Source of the DNA: Myxococcota bacterium
Lineage (GTDB): Bacteria; Myxococcota; XYA12-FULL-58-9; JABJBS01
Reading direction: 5' to 3'
Assembly: GCA_036339465.1 (NCBI GenBank)
Contig: JAYZAY010000073.1
Location: 1 to 64,000, forward strand
DNA length: 64,000 nucleotides
Below are positions 10,029 to 20,232 of this stretch, piece by piece. The position numbers were made by a program, and so were the translations under genes. Each line of letters begins with the position of its first letter. The stretch's first letter is position 1. The notes below the pieces were generated by a model. That model did not search any database. It was not told the DNA's origin and worked only from the letters and a program-made list of their open reading frames with translations.

Positions 10029-10718
10029 TTATTTATACCCCGGTCTTGAACCAAATAATGAAGAACCAACCCTAACGTGGGTAGCCCCACAGCGAATGGC
10101 TACCTCAAAATCTCCAGACATACCCATAGAAAGAAATTCAAGCTCACCATTCACGCTCCTAGCCTGCAACGAGTCCCGAAGTTTCGCAAGTTCTTGGAAA
10201 TATTCTGCAGACGGACCACCGTTTGGAGGAATCGCCATCAAACCACAAATTCGAAGTTTGGAATACCCGCGCGCCGCAAGCATAAACTCCGCTAGGTATT
10301 CCGGACACAAACCTCCCTTCTGTTTCTCACCTCCGACATTGACCTGTACAAAACACTTGAGTTCCCTTGTAAGCAATCGCTTGTCAAAGGCCGCCAACAG
10401 CTCGACTCGGTCTAGAGAATGCAGATACTCAGCGAACCTCACGACATACTTCACTTTATTTGTTTGTAAGCGTCCAATAAAATGCCAACGAATATCGGAA
10501 AGTCCTTCGGAAGCCGCCATGGTAGCTTTATCCCGAAGCTCTTGAGCAACATTTTCACCAAAATCACGAAGACCCAAATCGTAGGCCTCTCGTATAAGTG
10601 AAAAGGGTTGGCCCTTGGAAACTGCCACCAGCGAAACCTCCGACCTTAAGCGATCCGCCATATGACAGGCCCTAGATATACCAGCTTCGACTCGACTTAT
10701 ATTTTCTGAAAGTCCCAT
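10029..10718 (-). CDS. yggS: PLP homeostasis protein YggS
   Basis: LVAVSK, FGEN, WHFIGRLQTNK, GLMAIPP, LSMGMSGDF, VRVGSSLFG. Confidence 0.95.
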   Translation of the reverse strand: MGLSENISRVEAGISRACHMADRLRSEVSLVAVSKGQPFSLIREAYDLGLRDFGENVAQELRDKATMAASEGLSDIRWHFIGRLQTNKVKYVVRFAEYLHSLDRVELLAAFDKRLLTRELKCFVQVNVGGEKQKGGLCPEYLAEFMLAARGYSKLRICGLMAIPPNGGPSAEYFQELAKLRDSLQARSVNGELEFLSMGMSGDFEVAIRCGATHVRVGSSLFGSRPGYK

Positions 10719-10728
10719 TGCACCCGCT

Positions 10729-11286
10729 CTAAATAACAAAATCGATCACTCGAAGCGACTCTTCCACCGGCAAACCGATCACATTTGAATAGGACCCTTC
10801 GACAGTCTTAACCAGACATCCACCCGCCCCTTGAATACCATAAGCACCTGCTTTATCAAGGCTTTCCCCCGCCTCAACATAGGTTTCCAACTCATGGTCC
10901 TCAAGCTCCCTAAAAGTGACAGAAGAACATACCGCAGTAGTCTGAATAGGGCCTAAGCCATGGCTCACCGCAACCCCAGTCCAAACTGAATGAGTACGGC
11001 CGGCAAGCAACCTAAGCATCCGGACCGCTTCAAGGGAATCCGTTGGCTTTCCGAGAACTTCGTCGTCACAACAGACAATTGTATCCGCCGCGAGATAGCA
11101 TCCCCGTGTATCTCGAGAGGCCTCAAGTTTCTGACGGGCTAAAGTAATCACCGCCTGCTCCGGATGACCGCCGGGCCAAACTTCTTCAAGCATCGGCACA
11201 ACAACTTCTACCTGAAAGCCGCAAAGTTCCAAAAGCATGCGCCGGCGTGGAGAACCCGATGCTAGATAAAGTGTACCTCGTCCCAT
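10729..11286 (-). CDS. maf: Maf family nucleoside triphosphate pyrophosphatase
   Basis: LASGSPRR, AADTIV, LGKP, DKAGAYGIQG, NVIGLP. Confidence 0.95.
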   Translation of the reverse strand: MGRGTLYLASGSPRRRMLLELCGFQVEVVVPMLEEVWPGGHPEQAVITLARQKLEASRDTRGCYLAADTIVCCDDEVLGKPTDSLEAVRMLRLLAGRTHSVWTGVAVSHGLGPIQTTAVCSSVTFRELEDHELETYVEAGESLDKAGAYGIQGAGGCLVKTVEGSYSNVIGLPVEESLRVIDFVI

Positions 11287-11303
11287 AAGAACTCAGTAAT
11301 AAT

Positions 11304-12248
11304 TTATTTAAAGAAAAACAACTCTGGATCTTGAGGTATACCATCTAAACGGACTTCGTAATGTAAATGGGGACCGGTAGACCGCCCAGTATTCCCAACC
11401 ATCCCAATCACTCCGCCGCGTTTAATCTTTTGCCCCACAGTAACGCCGTAGCTGCTTAAATGACTATAGTGGGTCTGAAATCCAAAACCATGATCCACCA
11501 CCAAGGTTTTACCGTAGCCACCACGACTTCCGACAAAAATAACCGTCCCATCACCCGATGCCACCACCCGCGCGCCATGGGCAGCTGCAATATCAACCCC
11601 CTTGTGCATGACTTTTTCATTGGTATAGGGATCAACCCTTTTACCAAAACGACTGGTGCGCAAGCGAGAAACAACAGGTCGCACGGAGGGAAGATGGGTC
11701 AACTGCCTAAAATCGGGTCTAAAATAGCCATAAAGCTGTCTCAAACTACGCTCTTGTTCCGTTGCCTCACGCTGCACACGCTCAGCCTTATTTTCAATCA
11801 AGCCTTGCGCAAGCTTTGAGTCTAGGAGCTCATCCTCAAAATCAATGCGCTCACCCGGCACATAGAGGACCTCGCGTAAGCTCGCTTCCCCTTGTTCCTC
11901 GGTAATGGGACCAATAGCGAGCCTTCGGCTAGGGTCATTTAGCCTGGTGATTGTCCTCAACTTCGCTGCAAAAGATTCAATTTTCCCTAGGTTTTTCTCA
12001 ATCAAATTCAACTCTTCATCAAGCGCTCGAAGCTTGGTCTCCAAAACAAAATTATCTTCCTTCAGTACACTGTTCTGAGAGACTTGATCTTGCATATAGA
12101 GATAGTGAACCGTCCCAAAAGTGAGCCCAGAGAGAGCCAATGCCCCTATAAATGCACCTCGAATCAACCAGTTATAGGATAACTGAACACGCCGAACCTT
12201 GGCGGAATTCTCAGGTACAATTAGAATAGTAAAACGTTTCTTCGGCAC
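11304..12248 (-). CDS. M23 family peptidoglycan endopeptidase (TM, coiled coil, LytM domain)
   Basis: HKGVD and TGRSTGPHLHYEV zinc motifs. Confidence 0.92.
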   Translation of the reverse strand: MPKKRFTILIVPENSAKVRRVQLSYNWLIRGAFIGALALSGLTFGTVHYLYMQDQVSQNSVLKEDNFVLETKLRALDEELNLIEKNLGKIESFAAKLRTITRLNDPSRRLAIGPITEEQGEASLREVLYVPGERIDFEDELLDSKLAQGLIENKAERVQREATEQERSLRQLYGYFRPDFRQLTHLPSVRPVVSRLRTSRFGKRVDPYTNEKVMHKGVDIAAAHGARVVASGDGTVIFVGSRGGYGKTLVVDHGFGFQTHYSHLSSYGVTVGQKIKRGGVIGMVGNTGRSTGPHLHYEVRLDGIPQDPELFFFK

Positions 12249-12301
12249 GGGTCCCCCACTAACACTTAATAATAGCAGCGTCTATAGGGCAAGCGCAATG
12301 C

Positions 12302-13072
12302 TCACACCCCCGAGCAAGCAACGTGCGCGATAATCACCGTAATATTGTCATTACCGCCATTGGCCAGAGCCTTGTCCACCAATATTTCACATGCCTTCTG
12401 TGGCTCATTGGCCTTCATCTCATGGGCCAACTCCAAATCTTCAACCAGATTAGACAACCCATCAGAACACCACAGATACTGATCACCCTCCCTGACCTCC
12501 AAGCTCAAGGTATCGGCACAAACAGTATCTTCAAACCCAACAGAACGAGTAACAATACTTCGGTAGCGGCTCGGCGCCTCGTCCACCGTGCGAATTTGAC
12601 CAGATCGAATCATCTCTTGAACCATGGCGTGGTCTTCTGTTAGCTGGGAAATTTCCCCAGCTCTCAATCGATAAAGCCTCGAATCCCCCACATGGCCGAC
12701 GTACAGTCGCTTCTTATAAAAAAGCCCATAACTAAGTGTCGTGCCCATTCCTTTTAGGGATGGTTCCTTCAATGACCGGCTAAAAACCAATTGATTGACC
12801 TCACTGACGACTTCTCCCATCAGTAGCAACCACGCCGTCTCATCCCCTTCTTCAACCTCTAAGTCACCCAAGCGCCATTCAAAAAACTCTCGCAGGCCTT
12901 GAACCGTCGTTAAAGAAGCCTCTTTGCCCCCCGCATGACCGCCCATTCCATCTGCGACCCCGAGAAGACCTAATTCAGGCACGACGATATAAGAGTCCTC
13001 ATTGCCGTGTCGTCGCAGTCCAACATCGGTCCGACAACCGAACTCTATTTCCCAACCAAAACGATGAGCCAT
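12302..13072 (-). CDS. PP2C-type (Stp1/IreP) Ser/Thr phosphatase
   Basis: NEDS, VADGMGGH, MGTT, HVGDSR, CSDGL, GGNDNIT. Confidence 0.93.
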   Translation of the reverse strand: MAHRFGWEIEFGCRTDVGLRRHGNEDSYIVVPELGLLGVADGMGGHAGGKEASLTTVQGLREFFEWRLGDLEVEEGDETAWLLLMGEVVSEVNQLVFSRSLKEPSLKGMGTTLSYGLFYKKRLYVGHVGDSRLYRLRAGEISQLTEDHAMVQEMIRSGQIRTVDEAPSRYRSIVTRSVGFEDTVCADTLSLEVREGDQYLWCSDGLSNLVEDLELAHEMKANEPQKACEILVDKALANGGNDNITVIIAHVACSGV

Positions 13073-13203
13073 TCACGTCACCTAATTCACTCGGTCTAAT
13101 GATTAGTCAAACTATGGAGCGTCAACAAAGAGTCTAGTCGCCTACCCAACTCTTGTCCATGGTTGGTATTGCTTAGAACCACGAATACAATTATTTGGGC
13201 CCC

Positions 13204-13980
13204 ATGATTAACCTTAATGGAAAACATGCCTTAATTTTTGGCGTCGCTAGTGAAGAATCGATCGCATGGGCAATCGCGAAACAATTAAGCAACGCTGGGG
13301 CAACAATATCCCTCGGCTATCAACAGCGCTTTAAGAGCCGAGTCATGCAATTGGTCAAAAAGGGAGAAGTTCCCGTGGAATACTGGGAGCGCTGCGACGT
13401 TACCAATCCTGATGAAGTCGCATCTTTCTTCGAAGGCTATCCGGGAAAAGTCGACATCCTCGTACACTCAATCGCCTACGCCAACCCGGAGACATTTAGC
13501 CAAAAAATTAGTGAAGTATCCCAAGAGCATTTCTCCGAAGCCTTGGTCACCTCGGCTTTCTCCTTATTGCCCTTGGTTCACGCCGCACGCTCCAAAATGC
13601 CAGCGGGATCTTCGGTGATGACCCTAAGCTACCTTGGTGGGCAGCGGGTGGTCGCGAATTACAAATTAATGGGCGTGGCGAAAGCAGCACTCGAAGCCTC
13701 AGTACGAGAACTGGCGTCTGATGTGGGCCCCGAGGGGATCCGGGTCAATGCCATTAGCGCTGGTCCGATCAAGACCTTAGCTGCGTCACAAATTCGAAGC
13801 TTTAACGAAATGTTGGCCGTCTATGAGCGAGTCACGCCCTTGAGAACCAGCATTACTCAGGGCGACGTGGCCAATCTGGCCACCTTCCTCGCATCAGAAC
13901 TCTCAAGAAATATATCCGGTCAGACCCTCTTCGTCGATGCCGGATACTCCAGCTTAGCCATGGCCGAACTCCCCCGATAA
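13204..13980 (+). CDS. fabI: Enoyl-ACP reductase FabI
   Basis: SIAWAIA, HSIAYA, YKLMGVAKAALE, RVNAISAGPIKTLA. Confidence 0.93.
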   Translation: MINLNGKHALIFGVASEESIAWAIAKQLSNAGATISLGYQQRFKSRVMQLVKKGEVPVEYWERCDVTNPDEVASFFEGYPGKVDILVHSIAYANPETFSQKISEVSQEHFSEALVTSAFSLLPLVHAARSKMPAGSSVMTLSYLGGQRVVANYKLMGVAKAALEASVRELASDVGPEGIRVNAISAGPIKTLAASQIRSFNEMLAVYERVTPLRTSITQGDVANLATFLASELSRNISGQTLFVDAGYSSLAMAELPR

Positions 13981-13983
13981 TCC

Positions 13984-15678
13984 TCAAGCCCGAGCCGACC
14001 GGGCCAGCATTTCTTTGGCAACCGATTTCGTATTTTCCGTTAGACTGGCCCCATCGATCATTCGAGCGATCTCCAAGGCGCGTTCGTCGGCACTGATATC
14101 CGTAACAGAACTTCTCGTGCGCCCTTTCGTAACCTCCTTCTGTACCAAAAGATGATGATCGGCGCACACTGCGATCGGTGCTAAATGCGTGATCGCGAGG
14201 GCTTGATGGCCTTTGGCTACTGAACAAATCTTTTTACCTATACTTGCAGCAGCTTTCCCGCCTAGCCCGCTATCCACCTCATCAAAAACATAAAGGGAAA
14301 CGAGATCCTGAGACCATAGCACCCGTTTAAGGGCCAACATCACCCGAGAAAGCTCACCACCACTCGCTATTTTCGCCAGGGAACGAAGACTTTCCCCTGG
14401 ATTAGCACTCCATAGAAACTCCACTTCATCCCAGCCTAGAGGACCAAACCCGGGACTGCTCCCCGCGCCACCTCCCCGCACTTGAACCATCGGATGGAAA
14501 TCGGCCTTAGCCAATTCCATATCCTTTAGCTCGGTGCCCATTTTTTTACCCAAAGCGACTCCCGCTTTGGCCCGAGCGTTACTCAGAGCCTTAGCCAGTG
14601 TCTCTAAGCGTTCTTCGTGCTCAGCGATTTCCTCTAATAGGTTTTCCAGCCCCTCTTCTGATGCATCAAGTACACTGAGTTCCTCCATAATCTTGTTCTG
14701 CTTCTCTAATACCGCATCCAAAGTTCCCCCAAATTTTCGACACAGTCCATTAAGGGCACTGAGACGGTCATCAACCTCCGTCAAACGGTTCGGGTCCACC
14801 CAGACCTTCGTCCCGTAACTCCCCAATTCTCTCGATACATCTTCGATCTCTGCTTGAACTCCAGCAAGCCGTTCCAACAAAGGACTCGTTCGAACATCCA
14901 CTGACGCGATCTTTTCAACCGATTGCAAAGACTCTGCCAACAAATCATAAACCGCCGATTCACCCCCATAGAGAATGTGCTCCGCGCGCTGGGCCGCCTC
15001 CCTCAACTCCTCAGCATTCTGCAAACGTAGGTGCTCAGCTTCCAACGCCTCCAACTCTCCCCGATCTGGAGCAACCCGCTCTATCTCCTCGAGTTGGAAT
15101 CGCAGAAAATCAATTCGTTCAAGAGCTTCACTCTCCACTGATTGCAACTTACGCAATCGCTCAACCAGGCATCTCCAGCGCCCGTAAACATCTCCGTAAG
15201 ACGACCGTAAATCACCAAATTGACCATACTGGTCGAGAATCTCAATGTGATAATCCACATTCAAGAGACCCTGTTGCTCATGTTGACCGCTTATTTCGAC
15301 CAACCCTTTGACGAGTTCCCCAAGGGTCGCCACCGTGGAAAGGTGTCCGTTGATGGAAACCTTGGACCGACCTTTTCGTCCAACAACCCGAGAAACCAAA
15401 AGACAGGTGGTATCATCTCCATCGAGCCCACGCTCCGTAATCCTTTCCTGCACAAGCGTATGGTGACGAATGTCAAAGAGTGCCTCAACCGTTGCAGATT
15501 TTGCTCCCGTTCGGACTACGTCCGTATTCGCACGCCCACCCAAAGCCAACACCAAGGCATCCACAAGAATAGATTTGCCTGCTCCCGTTTCTCCAGTAAT
15601 GACAGTAAAGCCTTCAGAAAAATCCAATTCCGCTTTTTCAATTATCGCAAAATCTCGAATTTTAAGCGTTAATAACAC
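13984..15678 (-). CDS. recN: DNA repair protein RecN
   Basis: ITGETGAGKS, GQHE, ASGGELSR, FDEVDSG, ITHL. Confidence 0.96.
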   Translation of the reverse strand: MLLTLKIRDFAIIEKAELDFSEGFTVITGETGAGKSILVDALVLALGGRANTDVVRTGAKSATVEALFDIRHHTLVQERITERGLDGDDTTCLLVSRVVGRKGRSKVSINGHLSTVATLGELVKGLVEISGQHEQQGLLNVDYHIEILDQYGQFGDLRSSYGDVYGRWRCLVERLRKLQSVESEALERIDFLRFQLEEIERVAPDRGELEALEAEHLRLQNAEELREAAQRAEHILYGGESAVYDLLAESLQSVEKIASVDVRTSPLLERLAGVQAEIEDVSRELGSYGTKVWVDPNRLTEVDDRLSALNGLCRKFGGTLDAVLEKQNKIMEELSVLDASEEGLENLLEEIAEHEERLETLAKALSNARAKAGVALGKKMGTELKDMELAKADFHPMVQVRGGGAGSSPGFGPLGWDEVEFLWSANPGESLRSLAKIASGGELSRVMLALKRVLWSQDLVSLYVFDEVDSGLGGKAAASIGKKICSVAKGHQALAITHLAPIAVCADHHLLVQKEVTKGRTRSSVTDISADERALEIARMIDGASLTENTKSVAKEMLARSARA

Positions 15679-15717
15679 CGTTGCACTCCAACCCTTTGAT
15701 TCTTCAAATCCATGTAC

Positions 15718-16386
15718 TCACAATGCAGCCCAATCTAAGACCTTCCAGCCCCGCTGCAATGCAATTCGTTTCAATTGCCTATCCGGGTTCACCGTAATAG
15801 GCTCCCCGCAGGCTTCTAACATAGGTAGATCTGTACTGGAATCCGTATAAAAAAGGGTCTCCGGAATCGATTCGCCCGTACCCACCAAATATTCCTCAGC
15901 CTTCAATACCTTACCCTCGCCAAAACAGAGAGGGCCATCAACTTCCCCCGTAAACACCCCACCATCATCAACCCGCAAATCCGTGCCCACACACCCGTGA
16001 AGTTTCAGCACCCTAGAAACATGCTCCCCCAGCATCCGTGTGGAACTCGTCAAAAGGACCACCTTATCACCTTGCGCACAATGGAACTGGACCATTTGCA
16101 CCGCTTTTTCCCGCAACCGAGGTACCACCCATTTGTCAAAGAATGCCTCCGTGCGCCATACGAAATTCGATGAATCCTGCCCCTTGAGGCCTAGAATCGC
16201 CTTTTCTAAAGCCGGGCGAATGTCTGAACCAATCAACTTGTATTTGGCAAGATAGTAGCCGGCCAAAAGCATTTGTTGGAACGGCAACCGTCCCCCAAAA
16301 AACTCATAGGAAGCCCACAAACACCCAGAATTTCCCTCAAGGATAGTGCCATCAAGGTCCATGAATACCGTCGCCATAATTGACAT
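15718..16386 (-). CDS. HAD-IB family hydrolase
   Basis: DLDGT, LTSS, GEGK, YTDSSTDLPML, VNPD. Confidence 0.88.
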   Translation of the reverse strand: MSIMATVFMDLDGTILEGNSGCLWASYEFFGGRLPFQQMLLAGYYLAKYKLIGSDIRPALEKAILGLKGQDSSNFVWRTEAFFDKWVVPRLREKAVQMVQFHCAQGDKVVLLTSSTRMLGEHVSRVLKLHGCVGTDLRVDDGGVFTGEVDGPLCFGEGKVLKAEEYLVGTGESIPETLFYTDSSTDLPMLEACGEPITVNPDRQLKRIALQRGWKVLDWAAL

Positions 16387-16482
16387 ATATCCCGGTCACA
16401 AGAAATGGGAAGGGCTTCGATCCTAGGAGCGCTCTTTTTAATGGACTTGAGCCATGATAGAGCATTATTTGACTAACCACCC

Positions 16483-17250
16483 ATGCTCGACCTATTTTCA
16501 GTGGTATCGCCCACGACCTTCGCACTTCTAGGCATCACGGGTCTCGTTGCGGGATTCATCAACACCGTCGCCGGTGGTGGCTCACTGCTTACCATGCCCG
16601 CGATGATCTTTTTGGGGATCCCGCCCACCAGTGCCAACGGCTCCTTAAGGCCCGCGATTTTATTTCAAAATATCATTGCCTGCTGGAAATATAGGCAAGA
16701 AGGGCTCATACCATGGCGACAGGTCGGACCTATGCTCCCCCCCGTCCTAGTGGGAACAGCCCTCGGCGCAGGAATCACCGCACAAATCTCAAACGAAAAC
16801 ACAAAGCTCATTTTGGGAGCTTCCCTGATCATCTCTCTCTCTTTTATCCTGCTTCCCGCTCGGCCCATCACGCAATCCAAACCTGAAAACAGCACCTGGC
16901 GGCGGGTGGGAAAACCATTGACCCTTTTGACTGTCGGCCTTTACGGAGGTGCAATCCAAGCCGGCGTGGGTTACCTTATTCTCGGCACACTCAAGAGACT
17001 CTTCAACCTACCACTCCGCGAAGCCAATATTATCAAAGTCGTGTTGGTCCTCGTCTACACCCCTTTGGCCATCATTTTTTTTGCCAAAGAGGGTCAAATC
17101 GTTCTCTGGGCAAGTGTGACCCTAGCCCTAAGTCAAGGCATTGGCGCATGGCTCGGCGCAACCTTTAATTTAAAAGGATCAGAAAGATGGCTTCGTGGGC
17201 TCGTTGCCACATTCATCGTTTTCTCGATCTTAAAAATCTTGTTTTTCTAG
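16483..17250 (+). CDS. TauE/SafE (TSUP) family membrane transporter
   Basis: AGFINTVAGGGSLL, GLYGGAIQAGVG; about 8 TM segments. Confidence 0.88.
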   Translation: MLDLFSVVSPTTFALLGITGLVAGFINTVAGGGSLLTMPAMIFLGIPPTSANGSLRPAILFQNIIACWKYRQEGLIPWRQVGPMLPPVLVGTALGAGITAQISNENTKLILGASLIISLSFILLPARPITQSKPENSTWRRVGKPLTLLTVGLYGGAIQAGVGYLILGTLKRLFNLPLREANIIKVVLVLVYTPLAIIFFAKEGQIVLWASVTLALSQGIGAWLGATFNLKGSERWLRGLVATFIVFSILKILFF

Positions 17251-17267
17251 AACCTTCACACCGGAAA

Positions 17268-18293
17268 TTACTTCTTTTGGGCCCACTGCCACGGCGCCTT
17301 GAATGGCGGATGGGTACTCAATATGTAGTCCACCCTTCGATTGAGATCCGAAGCCACCTCATCCGCTGTCAAGACCAACGGACTTCCCTCGCCAAAACCC
17401 GCAAACGCGACCCCGATCCGGACCCCAGACTCTACAAAATACGCCGCAATACGCCGTGCCCGCTTGCGGGACAGCTCTAAATTTGCACTCGCCGTACCCA
17501 CCAAATCCGTATGCCCCGCAATGTACAACACCACCGGCACTTCATCGGGGATCCCCTTCCGTACTTTCACAATCGTCGCCACGGATGCCCTAAGCTTCTC
17601 CACCTCCCCTGCCGGAATTTCCCATTGCCCAAAAGGAAAGAGAACTTCCTCATGCGGCACATCAAAAAACCAAGTTTTTAGCTCGAACCAAGCGGTCTGC
17701 CCATGGCTATCCACACAATCAAAACGCATCTCCTTGACCCCCTCCACCGGGGCCCAGCTCAGTCGCCCATTCATACCTTCCCGTGCAAGGGCAAACTCTA
17801 ACTTTCCACTCACTTGCCCCGACTTTCCCAAGCCTTGATAGGAACATTTTGAAGGAGCATTGGAATATGAAAAGTCAGCCCACCCATCCACAAGCGAAAC
17901 ACGGTCACCTTTCAAATCAATCTGGAAACGAGGCATCAATGCTGCCACAAATGTCGTCGTTGTTTCCAAAGGTAAACCGGCCGTAGTCATTGCCTTTACC
18001 ACTCCACTCCATGACATCTCCCCCGGGCCTTGCTTCAGCGGAACATCCAAAACCTTCCCCACAGACAATGATTTGAAGTTTCGATGAACGACCGTGCCAC
18101 CCGCACTCCTTAACCAGACCTCCAAGGTCTTTAACCCCTCGTTAATCTTCAAAACGAACCTTGGCACCGAGCCATCCATGACAGCGCCACTATGAACTTC
18201 AAACTCGACGGCCCCCTCCCGTGCATCCGCCACCGGCATCGCAGGCAACACGCCAATACCAAGCACAAAGACAACGATGACTCTAAACTTCAA
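17268..18293 (-). CDS. Exported protein with C-terminal OmpA-like peptidoglycan-binding domain
   Basis: Signal peptide; IAGHTDLVG...NLELSRKRA...GFGE...NRRVD. Confidence 0.85.
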   Translation of the reverse strand: MKFRVIVVFVLGIGVLPAMPVADAREGAVEFEVHSGAVMDGSVPRFVLKINEGLKTLEVWLRSAGGTVVHRNFKSLSVGKVLDVPLKQGPGEMSWSGVVKAMTTAGLPLETTTTFVAALMPRFQIDLKGDRVSLVDGWADFSYSNAPSKCSYQGLGKSGQVSGKLEFALAREGMNGRLSWAPVEGVKEMRFDCVDSHGQTAWFELKTWFFDVPHEEVLFPFGQWEIPAGEVEKLRASVATIVKVRKGIPDEVPVVLYIAGHTDLVGTASANLELSRKRARRIAAYFVESGVRIGVAFAGFGEGSPLVLTADEVASDLNRRVDYILSTHPPFKAPWQWAQKK

Positions 18294-18420
18294 GACCTAT
18301 TCCTCCGCGTCCTAAAAGACCCTTCTAGGGCGCCATTGAGCCCACCGGCGTGCCACAAGTCAAGACCTGAGCTCAAAGCTATTGCTAACCGCCAAGGAAA
18401 TGTTGTAGCTGCCTCCCTCC

Positions 18421-20232
18421 ATGGGGACTTCACCACTGAACTCGCGGCTCGCCAGAGCTGTCATTGTCGCATTCGTTGCAACAATCCTATGCTCGGGCTG
18501 CAAAAGTCAGTCCCCAGAACTCGTTGGCAAGAAAATATTGAGAATGCCGCTCAGTGCAAAAGTGGGAACACTGGACCCCATTCAAGGCAGTAGCTCTTAT
18601 GCCAACTGGGCCATGGCCCCTGTCTACGAACCACTCCTCCAATACAACTACATTAAACGACCCTTGGAACTAGAACCCAACCTATTGACGAAAATGCCCG
18701 ATGTCAGCCCAAACGGCCTCGTCTACACATTCGAACTCAAACCAAACATTCTATTCCATAGAGACCCGTGTTTTCAAAAAGAAAACAAAGACCATTCCAA
18801 CACCCGAGAACTCACCACCGACGACGTGTTCTACTCCCTTAAGCGCATGGCCAATAGGACATTACGGCCCCAGGGCTGGTGGGTGTTTAATGGAAGAATT
18901 AAGGGATTCGATGCATTCAAAGAAGCTCAAAATGCCAATGCCGACGGATTCAATTATGCAGCAAAGGTATCTGGCTTCGAAAAAATAAGTAAGTATCAAT
19001 TCAGGATTCATCTAACCAAACCATACCCCCAATTTCTTTTTGTGTTGGCCATGAACTATACATCGGTCGTCGCCAAAGAAGCGGTTGAGTATTATGGTGA
19101 TCAGTTCCCTAAACACCCCATAGGCACAGGGCCCTTTACTCTAAAAACCTGGAAGCGGGGCTCCAAACTCGAATTCGTGAGAAACCCTGACTATCGCCAA
19201 GAGTTTTTCCCAAAAAAATCACTTATAACAGAAAACGATCAACACCTAAAACTGAGTGAATACGCAGACAAACAAATCCCATTTTTAGATGGAATCATCA
19301 TGGAAGTATACGAACAAGTCCAACCAGCCTGGCTAAAATGGCGTGTTCAGGACCTTGACTTTGTAAGAGTTCCTGCTGAATTCCATGACGCCATTTTCAA
19401 TAAATCGAATCGCCTCAGGCAAAAATTCAAGTCCGAAGGCGTCGAGCAATTCAATCTGCCACTCCTAGACTTCATCTACCGCGGGTTCAATATGAAGCAC
19501 CCCATAACAGGCGGCGAACAAGGCAAGAAAATAAGGCAAGCCATTTCCCTCGCCATGGACACAGAAGAGTTCAACGACCGCTTCTACAACAATACCTGTA
19601 TCCTCTATGACGGCCCAATCCCCCCTGGCTTGGACGGGTTTGAACCAGGGGTCATCTCACCCTACCGGGGCCCGAATCTTTCCAAAGCCCGGGAACTCCT
19701 AAAGCAAGCAGGTTACGAACACGGCCAGAAAGGAGGCAAACCCCTGGAAGTCTTTTTTGAAACCACCATCGGCGGTCAAAACCAAATGCAAGCCGAAGTA
19801 TTCACCCGACAACTCAAGCGAATCGGCATCGACCTAAAACCAAACTTCAATAGTTTTCCTGAGCTACTAGACAAACTCCATAAGAACAAAGCTCAAATGT
19901 TTGGATTGGCGTGGGGCTCTGATTACCCCGACGCCGAAAATAACTTGGCACTATTCTACGGCCCCAATGCTGCCGGTGGGATGAACCATTTCAATTATAG
20001 CAACCCAGAATACGACCAACTCTACGAGCGCATCAGCACCATGCAACCAAGTCCCGCCCGGACTGTGCTCTACAAACAAATGCGCGATCTCATCATCGAG
20101 CAACGCCCAGCCATTGCCAGTATGGCCCGCACCCGGTTCTACGTATGGAACGGAAATCTCAAAGCCTTTAAACCCAGTGAAACATGGTACACCTGGATCA
20201 AATTTCTTGACGTCGACAGGTTGAAACCATGA
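18421..20232 (+). CDS. Peptide/nickel ABC transporter substrate-binding lipoprotein (family 5)
   Basis: Lipobox-like LCSGC, TLDP, YEPLLQY, PIGTGPF, WGSDYPD. Confidence 0.9.
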   Translation: MGTSPLNSRLARAVIVAFVATILCSGCKSQSPELVGKKILRMPLSAKVGTLDPIQGSSSYANWAMAPVYEPLLQYNYIKRPLELEPNLLTKMPDVSPNGLVYTFELKPNILFHRDPCFQKENKDHSNTRELTTDDVFYSLKRMANRTLRPQGWWVFNGRIKGFDAFKEAQNANADGFNYAAKVSGFEKISKYQFRIHLTKPYPQFLFVLAMNYTSVVAKEAVEYYGDQFPKHPIGTGPFTLKTWKRGSKLEFVRNPDYRQEFFPKKSLITENDQHLKLSEYADKQIPFLDGIIMEVYEQVQPAWLKWRVQDLDFVRVPAEFHDAIFNKSNRLRQKFKSEGVEQFNLPLLDFIYRGFNMKHPITGGEQGKKIRQAISLAMDTEEFNDRFYNNTCILYDGPIPPGLDGFEPGVISPYRGPNLSKARELLKQAGYEHGQKGGKPLEVFFETTIGGQNQMQAEVFTRQLKRIGIDLKPNFNSFPELLDKLHKNKAQMFGLAWGSDYPDAENNLALFYGPNAAGGMNHFNYSNPEYDQLYERISTMQPSPARTVLYKQMRDLIIEQRPAIASMARTRFYVWNGNLKAFKPSETWYTWIKFLDVDRLKP

